A DNA stretch of 64,000 nt from Lama guanicoe. Lineage: Eukaryota. The stretch's first letter is position 1, and every line of letters starts with the position of its first letter. Below are positions 23,761 to 36,399 of this stretch, piece after piece. Under the pieces are notes generated by a model, which did no database searches, was not told where the DNA came from, and saw only the letters and a list, made by a program, of their open reading frames with translations. Position numbers and translations under genes: made by a program. The DNA lies in contig MU054212.1 of the NCBI GenBank assembly GCA_013239625.1, forward strand, positions 7,104,270 through 7,168,269, written 5' to 3'.

Positions 23761-26329
23761 CAGAATTTTTCACCACCATGGAGTCCATCTGCTTCTTAAA
23801 TGTTATGTCTTAACATCCTATGGAAATGTCTGGAAACCCAAGTGACTCTCAAAAAGAGTTCAATTGGCTAATAGGATTTCCTATACCTGGGAGTTTAGGA
23901 CTTCCATCATCAATCCAGAATTACTTAAGAAAATTCCAAATCATCCAGAACAACATCCTTGGAATCTCTCTTAGATCTTGAGGATTCAACCCAATCCTCC
24001 CAGGAAAAATCTAGCAAAAGATGTAACTTCTACCATTTTTAGAAGAATATAAATACGAGGCTTTAGCCTTGGGAAAGTGCTTGACAACTAGAGGAAATAA
24101 TAGAAGCTCTGTGGTGTTTCTTCTCTCAGATAGTATCTTGTGATTCTCAGTTTTAAAAAAAAAGATAGAAATACCAGAATTTTTCTCTTTCATGATTTCT
24201 CAGTATTAGTGAGTCAAATATTGGCCTGAGTGTGTCTTCACATCTTCATTATCACTTCTCTCTCTCTGAGGGGCAGGAAATAGAAGAGTTGACTCCGTTC
24301 AGCTATTACTTATTTCATTGAGGCTTGTACAAATTTATGAAGGTGCAAAAAGGTCTTCTAGTCCCAATTGGTATCAGAATTAAGGTATTTAGATACTTAC
24401 TTACCTGAAGGACTTTATCAATTAAGACATATTTGCTTAAAACAAAAGATGCAGCCAAATTTATCCAAGAGAATCTTTTATTTTGAATTCTAGAGTATCA
24501 TCATGCCAGTGGGCAAGTTACTATTTCATGTATATATCTTTATTGCCTTAGGGGAATGTTGTGTCCTTTTCCATTGAATAAATGCATATTTAGTTGTGTT
24601 TGTAGAAGAACAGAAAAACATTTGAGCAGAAAAAAGGGAAGGACTCAAGGACAAGTGTGACTTTCTGACCTGAGATTTATGGTCTCTCCTTGATGTGGAG
24701 ACAGTTATGCACGTAAATCTTGGTGCACTAAGAAGTGAATCTACTCCCTATGCTCTGTGTTAGGCGGGGGACAGGCAGCTCAGCAAGAACAGATGTGGCC
24801 ATTGGCTCAGTTACCCAATGAAAACAAGTAATTGCCATGGCAACTGGAGAATATCGTGTGGGACACAGACTGACCTCCAAGACTCAGCGTGCTTTATGCT
24901 ATAGGAATTGCATATGTATACTTGCTTGTGATGTAGATTTCCTTCCTATGTGAGAGGACTACAGTGTTAAAACAAGTATTTTTTTTTCTGCCTCTCATAC
25001 CCTGTAGTTTTATTCTGAGTCAAAACTGAACAAACTGGAAAGAACATATAGTCCTTGATGTCAGAACTACAAAATGTGCTATTAAAAGATGTAAATAAAT
25101 GGCGAACTATCATAAAAAGATGAGAAGATGCCTACTTACAAACAACTCAGGGAACAGAAAGCTCAGGTTATGTTGGAGAGCATTTCAGCTGCCCTTTAAT
25201 ATAGCTACATGCTGACTCAAAGCTGAATTCTTAGTTGTATTTGTTTAATCCCTGTACCAACCACAGTTTCTTTCAGCTAAAAAAGCAACAAAAAACCTGA
25301 ATGGATAAATGGATCCCTGTAGCAAATGGATGTGTATGTATGGCGTAGATACACTAAAGGTAAAAGTAATTAAGCATCTGCAATGTCTACTGCTTTTCCT
25401 GTTATAGAAATTTGTTATCAACGTATGACAAACAGAATAATTACAGGTCAACAGTCTCCATATTACGAACAATATTTAAAACTTAACTTTTGCACGTGGA
25501 AACCTGGGATTAGTTCAACCTTACTAGAGAGTTTCTCCAAACTTGCAAACAATTTTCTAGGAGCTGAAACTGGTAAATCTCCTGCAAGTTAGATTTATTT
25601 CCAGTCCCCGCCACCTGCTGAGTGGAGCTGCCAGGAGGAGCAGTGTGTGTAGTGTGTGTGCCCTTCTCACTGGTTTAAGGAGCCTGATTGAATCATGGTC
25701 TTCCCCCATTACAAAAAAAGTTGGTGTTATCTAAAATCTGAGTACTAACTGTTCAATGTTACTCACTTCTGGAAGGAAAGGAAACATGCTAGTTAGGAAT
25801 ATCATTAATTCTGAAAAGTGAAATACATCTATTTGCTCTTGGGGCTGCTTTGTGGTTCAATGGAGACTACCCAGAACTAATAATAAATTGACGTTGATTC
25901 TGGCTGCATGTATCCCATGGAAATTGGGTCTTTGGCCACAATATTCTGTGGATTTTAGTTCTTGCATGAGTAAAGCAAGAAAAAGATGATCTCTAAGGGT
26001 CCTTTCAGTGCCAAAATGTAGCAACTTAAGGAAACTAGTCTTTAATCAGTACCATATAGTTCCATATCTTTTTAAGAATTCAAAGTTCATTGATGTCATT
26101 GATCAAAGAAACATAATAACTATAATGTATTTTCAATGAAATTAGTTTTCCAAATACATTTTTCCTAACAGTCAAATATTACTTCTAAACCTAAATGCTA
26201 AATTTGAGTTATAAGTCAAGGAGAACTGGAGTAAGAATTTACAATATTATACTTTCAAGGTGAACCAGAAGAGACATTATAATTTACATTTTTAATAATT
26301 AATGTTTTATATATATATAAATATAAAAC

Positions 26330-27210
26330 ATATAGTCAAAGTTAAAAGACAAGCAACATACTAAAAGATATTTGCAACATACTAAACTAAGATATTATTT
26401 AAATCTAGAGTAAGATTAATTAAATAAGTTACAGTTACATAAGTTAAATAAGAAACAAAAGATGCTATAAAACATAAACAAGATATGAATAGGGAGGTCA
26501 CAAAAGAGAAAGTTTGAGTATCAGAAACAGTGCAACTAATACCTTAAGAAAATCTCTCACTCATTATTTTTACAAATGTTATCTGTCTACCATCATTATA
26601 AGGTGACTAATAAATAAGGAAACTGAAACTTCATACTTTGTTCAGCATTTTCAGGGAATCTTGCAACACTGAAAATATTCATACACTGCAACCCAACAAC
26701 TGTCATGATGTCTACCCTAATAGAAAAATACATCCAACAAGGTCATAAAGAAACATATACAAAGTTGTTCACTGCAAAATTGTTTATAACAGCAAAAACA
26801 TGGCTGTCGGTACAGAAATGGCTTAAAAAATGTAGAAGATTAGCAGAATGGAATAGTGCACAGTAGTAAATTGGATAAAGTAGGTCTATACTTTAGCAAG
26901 GATAAATTTTTTAAAAGCCAGTAGCTGAATGATTGAATAATATGCCATTTATATCAAATTTTTAAAGCACCTGCAAATTGTATTTTATTCATTGATGCAC
27001 ATACACGTAAGTGAAAATATGAAATAAGAACTCATAGAACTTATGTCAAATGCATAATAATGAAGAGTGAAGGAATGGGAATGTTGGGCAATGGAAATTT
27101 TTTCTTTTTTTTGACAGTGTAATTTTTAACTGTATATATATTTTTTCTTTTATTAAAATTCATGTGATTATTAATTCCAGTATATAATTGTTTATGGGAT
27201 TTCTGTGTAC
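26330..27210 (+). mobile_element. L1ME-like ORF2 end and 3' UTR
   Basis: AAAGTTAAAAGACAAGCAACATAC...TGTTCACTGCAAAATTGTTTATAACAGCAAAAA...TATGCCATTTATATCAA. Confidence 0.7.
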
Positions 27211-29267
27211 TTTTCTCTATTTTTAATCTTTTCAAAAATAATTGTGCAAATATGTGATTTATAAGTACACTTAAGTACTTGTATCCTTTGAAGTAAATGT
27301 AACTATTTAGGAATCTAAAAATATATTTAATTGAATCACTCATAGAATCTATAACTAAATTCTTATGCATTTTTTGGTATTGTTATTTTTGATCATACAA
27401 GTGACAGTAAAAACTAAAATGAACACACTGCCTTTTTACTTAATTTAATATGGGGTAGAATGAGTTCACACAACAAAATTAATTAGAATTAAGCATACTC
27501 TTGGGATACAAAAATATAAAGAATGCCAGAAAGTGTTTTAGACTTCTCAGCCACCTCCCTGAGATGGGAGAGGAGCTGTAGGATAATCTCCCATATATTT
27601 GCATATTAGAAGATCACCTATAAGCTGAAGAACCAAAGAATTAGTGTTCTGATAAATGAATATTTCGTATTTTTATAGTATTTCAAACTTAAATAACTGA
27701 TAGATTAGGACATTGGCTTGCTTACCATATCTGAAAGACTCTTAAGGACATTTAAAAGCATTATGTATCACAAGTGAGTGAGATTGCAGATTTTACTGGT
27801 GACGCATGATATATATCAGCCCATACCTTGATTGTAATTACTTAGCTAAAGGAAGAGTGAAGCTGAGTTCTGTGAGCTTGAAGTAATAGCACAAAAGAAT
27901 CTCCAGGGACATGTGACGTTTACATTGTTAAAGAAAATATAGAGAGAAATATTGTGATCCTGTACAGGGTATTCAAATAGTAAAACAGCAAATTTAAAAG
28001 TTTTAAGTCATATATTAAAAGAGTAAAAATTACAGCATTTCTTGAATATTATGCCCTTCAAAATAATCTGCAAAATGTCTCTTTAAAAAGCAAGAAGAAA
28101 ATTATCTGTATTTTGTAAGAATGATAACCAAAATGACAAGAGGTGGATGGCAGTCCATTAGAGGATAGCTTTAAAGCTTTCTGGCTTTAAGAATTCACCT
28201 TCAGAAAGTTATATACCATTAAACAAGCAGCAGGGGAAAAAGGCTAGTAGATCTTCCTGTCAATAGGGCAAAATTTTTGCTTTCCTGATTATCTGAAACT
28301 ATAACCAACAATCTTATTTTGTAATGTCAGTAAGTGTTTCTCTGAATAGGAGTAGTCCATTTACAAAAAGTGTACTTATCTGTAAAGGAGCCTGTTTTCA
28401 AATATGGATCTTAAAAAGAATAAATACAAGGTTTCCATAATTGGAGCCAGCCAGTGCGTGACAAAAGAACCAGGGTAAAAACAGAGCTAAAAGTAGTAAG
28501 GTCAGAACAAGAGAGAAGGGGGGAAATAAAAATTAAGTTGGTATAAAATAGAGACGGTTTTGGAAAGAATCCATGCAGAGAAGAAAGAAGCAAAAATATC
28601 TGATAAAAGAGAAAGGAGAAAAGGCCCAGTAAACCTGGGCTTTGTTGACTTTATAAGCGATTGTGGAAACTGGCTTGTCTTAAATGGATATAGCTAGCAT
28701 TGGGATGGAGCCTGATCTTCAGGTAATCACATGTGCAGCAAAGTACTTTTTTCTAAGTTAATTTCTAAATACCTGGGAGCTAGAGAGTTAAACCACATTC
28801 TGAAGAATAGGAGAAATTTCACTGTTCATTGTAGGACTTAAATTTAGCCTAAAGAGACCCCTCAAATAGAAGTATTAGACCAGGGACTCAAGCAGAAATT
28901 TCTGGAAGCATCCTTTCCCCCTTATTAGCTACAAAATAAACACATCTCTAGAAGCCCTGAAATTTGAATCTACCTGTGCTGTGTTTTAAAGTAGAATTAA
29001 AATGTAGTTGAAATGGTTCAGAAGTCTTAAAAATCAGAAGTCAGGTAACTTGTTCTCAATAGACTGAGTCTATTCAGTCATAGACATTAACAGCAAAAGG
29101 TAAATAATATTTGAAGTTTTTGGTTAATAGAGGAAAAAATCATTCCAAACAAGGAAAGAATGTCAAGAAAAAAAAATTGCCTGTATCTCTTTCTAGAATT
29201 TTATTCAGTAGACCAATGGGGTAACCAAACAGAAAGTCCTTCCAAATTAAAGATACTGGTTCCAAGA

Positions 29268-29437
29268 CAGTGATTTTCAAACTGGAGCCTGCATCAGCAT
29301 CACCTGGAGAGCTTATTAAAACATAGATTCCTGGGTCCCACTGCTGGAATTTCTAATTCAGTAGATAGCAGTTGGGTGGGGAGTCCGTTCTCACGTGCTG
29401 CTGCTTCTGCTCCAGGGACTTCACTTTGAAAACCTTC
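29268..29437. mobile_element. MER5A-like hAT-Charlie MITE
   Basis: CAGTGATTTTCAAACTGGAGCCTGCATCAGCATCACCTGGAGAGCTTATTAAAACATAGATT...CACTTTGAAAACC. Confidence 0.85.
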
Positions 29438-30549
29438 AATGTATGAGATGCACAGAGTTAAACATTGCCAATTTTGTAATGGAAATTCTAATTTTACCTA
29501 GATGTTTTGACAGAGTTTTGTGTTTTTCTGTTTCTAGCCTACCACTTTTTGGTGGCGATGGTGGAGGGAAGCAGAGGGACAAGGGACACCTAGACAGAAA
29601 ATACTACAATATCAGAAAAGGAGGATGATGTTTCATTATTGAAGGATAATACTCAATAGTTGGACACAAAATATCCCTCAGAGATGGAGAGCATATTCTC
29701 TTAGAACAGATTTATTCACTAGCCCCTCCGGGAAGACCCTCACTAGAAAACCATTAGGAATCCCCATGGATTATTGTCACACATGATTATCCAGGCACAG
29801 CAGGGTCAATTCTGAAGAACTTATGAAGTTAGGGAGACAGTTCCAGTTCACACAGTTAAATTATAATTTGGAAACAGTGTGCCAGACCAATCCACTGTTA
29901 GTGTTAGTAAAACATACTGAATATATCAGTTCCAGAGAAAAATCTCCATGAATTCCAGTGACCACAAATTATTGATCTGTGTGAAGAGAAAGAATAATAA
30001 ACAGACTTCAAAAAATGATGTCACGTAGGTAAGCGGTTAGATGTTTAGTACATCAAAGCTATAGAAACTTCAAATGCCTGCTCTTAAGACGTGCATCATT
30101 GCTACTGGTGTTTGAGTCCTTTTTCTAACTACATTGTAGACCCCTGGAAAACAGAGAGCATGCCTGACTTGTCTAATATTTTGCCATGACTATAAATAAG
30201 TTCTGACTTTTGAGAGGGAAATCCTATTTGTGAAATACAAAGAAGGTCTCATACTCATTCAGACTCAGGAAGTATAGATTTCCTTGGAGGTCTGTGGACT
30301 GGCATATTTCCTGTGGCACAGTGCTGATTAAATTCTTAGCTGACTCATTATGTCAGAGCACTACCGAAAGTCTTCTGGTAAAATGGGGTTAGGAAATATT
30401 CATCTCTGTATTTTTACATTCCCCTGGTCTTAAACTGTTTATGGATTCGGTGAAATTAGCAAATGACACAGGTAAAAGCCAAAATCCAACCTAAATCTTA
30501 AAGTATATTCTCCACTACCCCTTCTTCAAATACTGCAGATCCTTCCAAC

Positions 30550-30755
30550 CAGTAGTTTGATGGGGCTGAATTACATCAGCCCACAAGAGCCGATTGCTCA
30601 CATCTCTTCCCAACTCTGTGTTCAGTGACAACCGTATTGGAGGTTTGAAACTGGTCATGGTGATAATGTATACAGAACAGAGATGGCAAACCCTAAAAAT
30701 CAGGGCATCTGGTTTTCTAGGGAGCCAATTGTTAAACATTTGCAGCACACAACTG
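30550..30755. mobile_element. MER63A-like hAT-Blackjack MITE with 8-bp TSD
   Basis: AGAGCCGATTGCTCACATCTCTTCCCAACTCTGTGTTCAGTGAC...TTGTTAAACATTTGCAGCACACAACTG; flanks CTTCCAAC (30542-30549) and TTTCCAAC (30756-30763). Confidence 0.85.
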
Positions 30756-31119
30756 TTTCCAACTCAACACTGGTGTACAGAGTGTGTTTGTGGCAAGTCA
30801 ACAAGTTTCTGGACTGATTGTCCGGAAGATGTCCCTGTTTCTTATCTATGTTCAAAAGAAAGTACATACGCACTCCAACTAATGCACTGCTGAGCCCACC
30901 CCTCAGTGGTAGAAATATCAGGAAAACTCTCCCTTGAAGGATTTGCCGATTCGGCAAAGGGACGGTAGGCTATATAAACTAAAGAGGCCAATGTCTGATG
31001 TTTATTTTATGCATGTAGCAACAACTTGTCCCCAGACCATTTAATGAATCAGCTTTATTGTACATAAAAGCACTTAATTTATAGGAAAAGTTCAGCAATG
31101 CCAGCAATATGATCTTATG

Positions 31120-31262
31120 TCCCTTAACCTCTTTCAGATCTTTTGGGTTTTTTTAATCTTTAAAATAGAGAAGAAAATCCCTTCTTTATCTCAAAGAAAG
31201 AATCGGGAGATAATGTATGTAAAAGTGCTATGTAAACTGTAAGTCAGTGTGCAAATATTTAG
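31120..31262 (+). mobile_element. MIR fragment
   Basis: CTTAACCTCT...TAAAATAGAG...GAGATAATGTATGTAAAAGTGCT. Confidence 0.6.
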
Positions 31263-32179
31263 TGTGAAAGGCATTTCTTAAAAGTAGGAAAGATAGCCAT
31301 GCAATTCCTCTTATTTCAAATTAACATTTTGAAAATAACACATGTGTTCCTGTAGGTAATATAAGTTCAAAATGTAGTTTTTTCTGCTTTAGGGTCCTAT
31401 TTGGATACATCCATTATTAAGGTTACATAGCAACATCATGTCCTAAGTATAAATGGTTTAACTGAAGTCATCCTGGATCAAAATAGCGACAGATGAAATA
31501 AATGTATCCATCTAATATTCAGGGAGATAAGCCATAGAGGGAAGCGATGAATGACAGCAGATTACATTTTCACTGGAAGGATTTTGAAATACTTTGTAAA
31601 CAATAAAATTACTCACACTTTACAGTATTTATTGTGTTTATTCTTTTCCAACTTGCCTCATTCAGTGAAATAAGCCACTTACTTAACTTCCTAGAGCACT
31701 TCATTAAATTAACTCAAAAATATCTTGTTAGAGGTAATTTAGCCAACAAAAAGCTCAATATTGTATTCATTAACATCCATTTAGTCAAAGAGGCTGTGGT
31801 GGATTTACCCATAGACTAGTCCAGAATGTGTAGTAAAACTTCAAAGACAGAGCAGTAAATTGATTAGGGGATGAGGGAAAGAAATTTGTTTTTAAAACCT
31901 GAATCACCTGGCCAATTAGCATACGATCAGACTGTGGGTATGACTTTTGCAATCAAATGATTCTGAGTACAATTTGCCAAAAGACAGTTTTGCCTAAGGC
32001 TCTGAGTTTTACGGCTTCACTCAAATGTAATTCAAATAGTGGAAGTGTATGTTTTCTTTTAAACTACCACATGGATGATTCTATGGGAAAGACATGATTA
32101 TGACAAGGAAATTTCAGAAATAAAGTGAATAATTGCTCTGATACTTCTAGTTCAAGACTGTTACAATGAAGCTATCCAT

Positions 32180-34050
32180 GGTTCTTTGTATATTAGAGAT
32201 CTAGCCTTTAGCTGTGCTGTAAATTTAAAATTTTCCTCCAGTTTGTCATTTGTTTTTACTTTACTGTGTTTTTGTCATACAGAAGTTTTGCTTTTTCTAA
32301 TCTGGTAAAATTTAGCAACTTTTCGATATTACATGTGGATTCTGAGTCATACGTAAAAAGCCTTCTTCTAAACCGAGGTTTTTGAGGAACTTACACATAC
32401 TGTCTTTTTCTATTTGTATGAATTTTCAGTATTTAAGTCCCTGATCCATTGGGAGTTTTTTCTCACATATGGTGTCCAACATGGACATCTTTGATCCTTT
32501 TTGAAATGGCTAGCCAATTATCTCAGCACCATTTAAGAAAAAAACCTATCTTTGCCCAATGACTTGTGATGCTGTCTTTATTATATACTTTCCATATGTA
32601 CCTTGGTCTGTTTCTGAAATTCCTGTTATCCACTGGTTTATATCTATTTATGGGCCAATACTATACTGCTTTCATTATAGAGTCTATTTCATGTTTTAAT
32701 ATCTTGTGAGGCTAGTCTATTACAGTTTCTCTTTCTCCATTTTTTTCCTAGTTATTCTTCATGATTATTTTTCCACATGAAACTTAATATCAAGTTTCCT
32801 AGCTGCACGAAACTAACTTTATTGGTACTTTATTGAATTGTATAAAATTTACAAATTACTTTTGGAAGGACTGACATCTTTATGATGTTGACTTTTCTTG
32901 AAGACTAGGGATGTGTTTCCTTTGCACACGTCTACATTTGTGTCTTTCAGGAATATTTCAGGCTTTCTTGATGTTAGTTTTGCTCATTTTCTGTTAAATT
33001 TATTTCTAAGTATTCTAATTTTCTTCATTGAAAATCGGATTTTGCTAACATTTTATTTTCTGACTGGCTATTTATAGGTATGAAAATATTTATTTTGAAT
33101 ATCATTTGTATATCCTGCGACTTTATTCATTTGTTTGTTTGACAATATTCTGATTCTCTCAGGTTTTCTAGGTATACTATTTTATCTTTTGCAAATACAG
33201 AATTTTTACTTCTTTTCTAATTCAGATGTCTCTAATTGATTTCTTTAGAATTGCCTTGGTGATATCTCAGGTACAATGCTAAATAACTAAATAATAGGGA
33301 GGCAATAGTGGGGAGAGTGGGACTCTTTTTTTTCCCTTTTCCTAGTATATATCTATGTCTGTATCTATATCTATGTAAATAACCAATCTTGAATTCCTGA
33401 AATAAATACCACTTACTTTTCATTACATAGTGCGTTTACCTTGATGAATATTTTATTTACTAATTTGTAACTTTGTTTTTGTGCAATCTTTATTTGATTT
33501 AATTATTGATTTTTAACTAGCTTCAAAAAAAATTGGGGCATTTTTCTTCACTTACTCCACTCAAAACATTTTATTTTGCATTGTGATTATCTGTTCCTTA
33601 GAGGTTTGTAGATTTCTTTTGGGAAACTAACTGAGCCTGGTGCTTTATTGTAGAATAGTTTCTTAGTAACTTTTAAAATTTCTTCTACAGAAATTAATGT
33701 TTTAAGCTTTTTGTATCTAAAGGATCAATTTTGGTAAAAGCTATTTTCCTATATTTATTAACTTAAACCAGGTTTTCAAATTTATTTGCAGAGATGTTTT
33801 TGAAGTAGCCTCTTCCAATATTTTTTTAAATATTTCTTTTGTTTCAATTTTATTACCTTTGTGACATTTCTTACTTTCTATGTCTGTGTTTTCTCCATTT
33901 TCTTTATTAATTAGGTAGAAGTCTAGCACCATTAGGTAGAAGTTCGTTAAATTAGGTAAATATTTTGTTGGTTTTCAAAGAACCAATATATTTTGTTAGT
34001 TAAAGCTATCACTTTTTGTAACTTACCTCATTATTTTTTTTATTTATTAA
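32180..34050 (-). mobile_element. Old L1 ORF2 fragments, antisense
   Basis: TAGCCAATTATCTCAGCACCATTT, GACTGACATCTTTATGATGTTGA, GAGCCTGGTGCTTT antisense ORF2 motifs. Confidence 0.75.
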
Positions 34051-34059
34051 TTTCTTTTC

Positions 34060-34278
34060 TTAAAAAATTTTATTAAGGTATGATTGACATACAAAAGGCT
34101 ATGCATATTTATTATATACAACTTGATTTAGTGATACATATATACCATTAAGCCACCACACTCTATGTCATAAATACATCCATCACCTTAAAAAGTTTCC
34201 TCTTGACCTGTTTTTTATTGTTGTTACTATTTTTGCGATAAAAGCACTTAAGATATACCTCTTAGCAAATGTTTAAGT
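34060..34278 (-). mobile_element. L1MA/MB 3' end, antisense, interrupted by the ERV
   Basis: TTTTATTAAGGTATGATTGACATACAAAA...CATCCATCACC...AGATATACCTCTTAGCAAATGTTTAAGT. Confidence 0.75.
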
Positions 34279-34619
34279 TGTAAAAAATTAATAAGCAGAA
34301 ACCTTAATTTAAAAGAGTTGGGAGATCAGAAAGGGGAGCTGTCACACCCTGAGATGATAACAAAGCCCGACAGGAAAAAGAAAGTCTCCTCTTCTTCCTT
34401 GGCCAGGACTCAGTCAATGAAAACCCTCGGGCTCTTTGTTTATTGTAGTCCTCCCACCTTCCTTTTCTCTCTGTAAAAGTGTTCTTCTTCCCTTGCTCTG
34501 TGGCAACTCACATGTGGCTTGTCAGGGATGCAGATCCCAAACTGTAATTCTCTGTTTATCCCAAATAAACTTACCTTTGCTAGAGAAATATCTGACAAGC
34601 TATTTGTTTTGGGCCAACA
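34279..34619 (+). repeat. ERV 5' LTR (complete, TG...CA)
   Basis: Begins TGTAAAAAA, has AATAAA at ~34564, ends GGGCCAACA, then TTTTGGTGGCC (PBS-like). Confidence 0.85.
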
Positions 34620-35149
34620 TTTTGGTGGCCTCTGTAAGGACTGCAGAAGACCTCCAACAGCTTCAAACCAGTGAGCAAACAGGTGCCACCATACCCACGG
34701 TTGAGCCCAGTGATGCTCATTGCTTTTCCCACCAACCCTCAAGTTTGAAGGTACCTCTTTTGGATCCAGGCTCTACCCTCTTTGCTCCTGGAGCTCTCCA
34801 AGTGTTATCTGGGATCTCTTTTAAGGTTTTATCTTTCTAGTTAAGGCCTTGTGCTGTATGCAGGTATTCATTTGGCACTTTGGTCTGATTTTGAGACCAG
34901 ACTGTTTCAGCCGATGCTGGCTGAAAATGCCTTTAGCTCCTTTCTTCCAAAGCAGAGGCTACTTTTCTGAAACTGTGCTGGTTTTTCAGCCTTTGACTTA
35001 TTCCTTTGGTAGGGGCTATTCTCTGGAAACTGGCTGAAAAAGCCTTTAGCCTGGCTCCTCCAGGACCAAGCTGTCTCTTTTAGAACTGGTTGGAATTAGC
35101 TTGTTTGAGTTGAGCTGTTTGAGTTGTAAACTGTTTGAGCCATTTGAAA

Positions 35150-36399
35150 ATTGTTCCATACTCTAGAGAAAAATCTGTGAGAAGAGAGATTCCATGGCTC
35201 TTTTTATTTTTAAAAACCCCAGTCCTTCCTGATGGGACTTGGGTGATTTTATTTTTAAAAACCACAGTCCTTCCTGATGCACACTTCTAACAAAATGGAC
35301 GGAGGAGACCAAAGGCAATTTAGAATATCAGTGGCCATTATGGGAAACTTTTGAAATACCCAAACTTAATTGCCTTAAAACCGAATCGGACTCCCATAGC
35401 TCAGACATTTCCAGAACTGAGTGGAGTGCTTATTTCAGTTGGTATTTTCAGGCCTCCCAATGTTATCAGGAGTCTAAAATTGCCTCTCTGCAAGATAAGA
35501 TTTTAAGATTAACTGAAGCAAACAAATGATTAAAGAAAGATAAAATGGATCCTGAAACCACAGGCTCTTTTTCCTTGGCGCCTTTGATTCAGGCTCTGTC
35601 TCCCATGCCATTTTGTCTCTTTCTCTTGGTTCCACATGGTCAGAGTCACCTCTGGCACCATCTTTCTCCTTCCCTTCTACTGTGTCTGTACCTTCTCTAT
35701 ACCCTCAGTTCTCACATACTAATTCTCCCATCAAACTTCCATCACTCTGGTTTCTCTGACTTATATCAGCTAGTTTATATATATATACGTGTGTGTGTGT
35801 GTGCTTGAAGGCAGGCCCAACATTGGATGACAACTGCTAACTGGGAAAATCCTTCAAGGTCTCTAAAATCACAACTGGGAGACCAGCCCACTAATTTATT
35901 ATATGATCAGTCTCAGTAATCCCTAGGCAACTTCACTGAGCAATTCCCAGGGCTTTTCCAAAGCCTGTTGAGTGGAAGAAAATTCAGGCTTGCATGCAAA
36001 AATCTGATGTGCCTTCTCCTGAAAATTATGATGCACTTCAGATTGTTTTTAAAGAAAATTCTGATCTTTCTGCAGATGTTGATTCTGCTTGGGTAGCTTT
36101 TAATTCTTATGTTTTTTAATGAACTGAACCCACGATCTTTCTCTTCTAGTAAAAATGACCAGGATGGAGTGGGAAACTATGTCCTCTGCAGATTTAGCTA
36201 ATCTCAAAGGAAGACCACCAAAATTTTTAATCATCAACTCCAGCAAACGAAGGCTCCTAAGTAAAACCAAAACCCTCCTTGTTTCTGCTATTATTGCAAA
36301 AAACCAGGACATTGGAAAAGAGACTGTTAAAAATTTAAGCACTTTAGGCACCTTTAGCCCTCTAAACAGCCTTTCCAAAGTCCTCCCAATTCTCAGTGA
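35150..36399 (+). pseudogene. gag: ERV gag remnant
   Basis: QWPLWETFEIPKL...EWSAYFSWYFQAS near 35330-35460; zinc knuckle CYYCKKPGHWKRDC (CX2CX4HX4C) at 36286-36327; multiple stops and frameshifts; start approximate. Confidence 0.8.
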
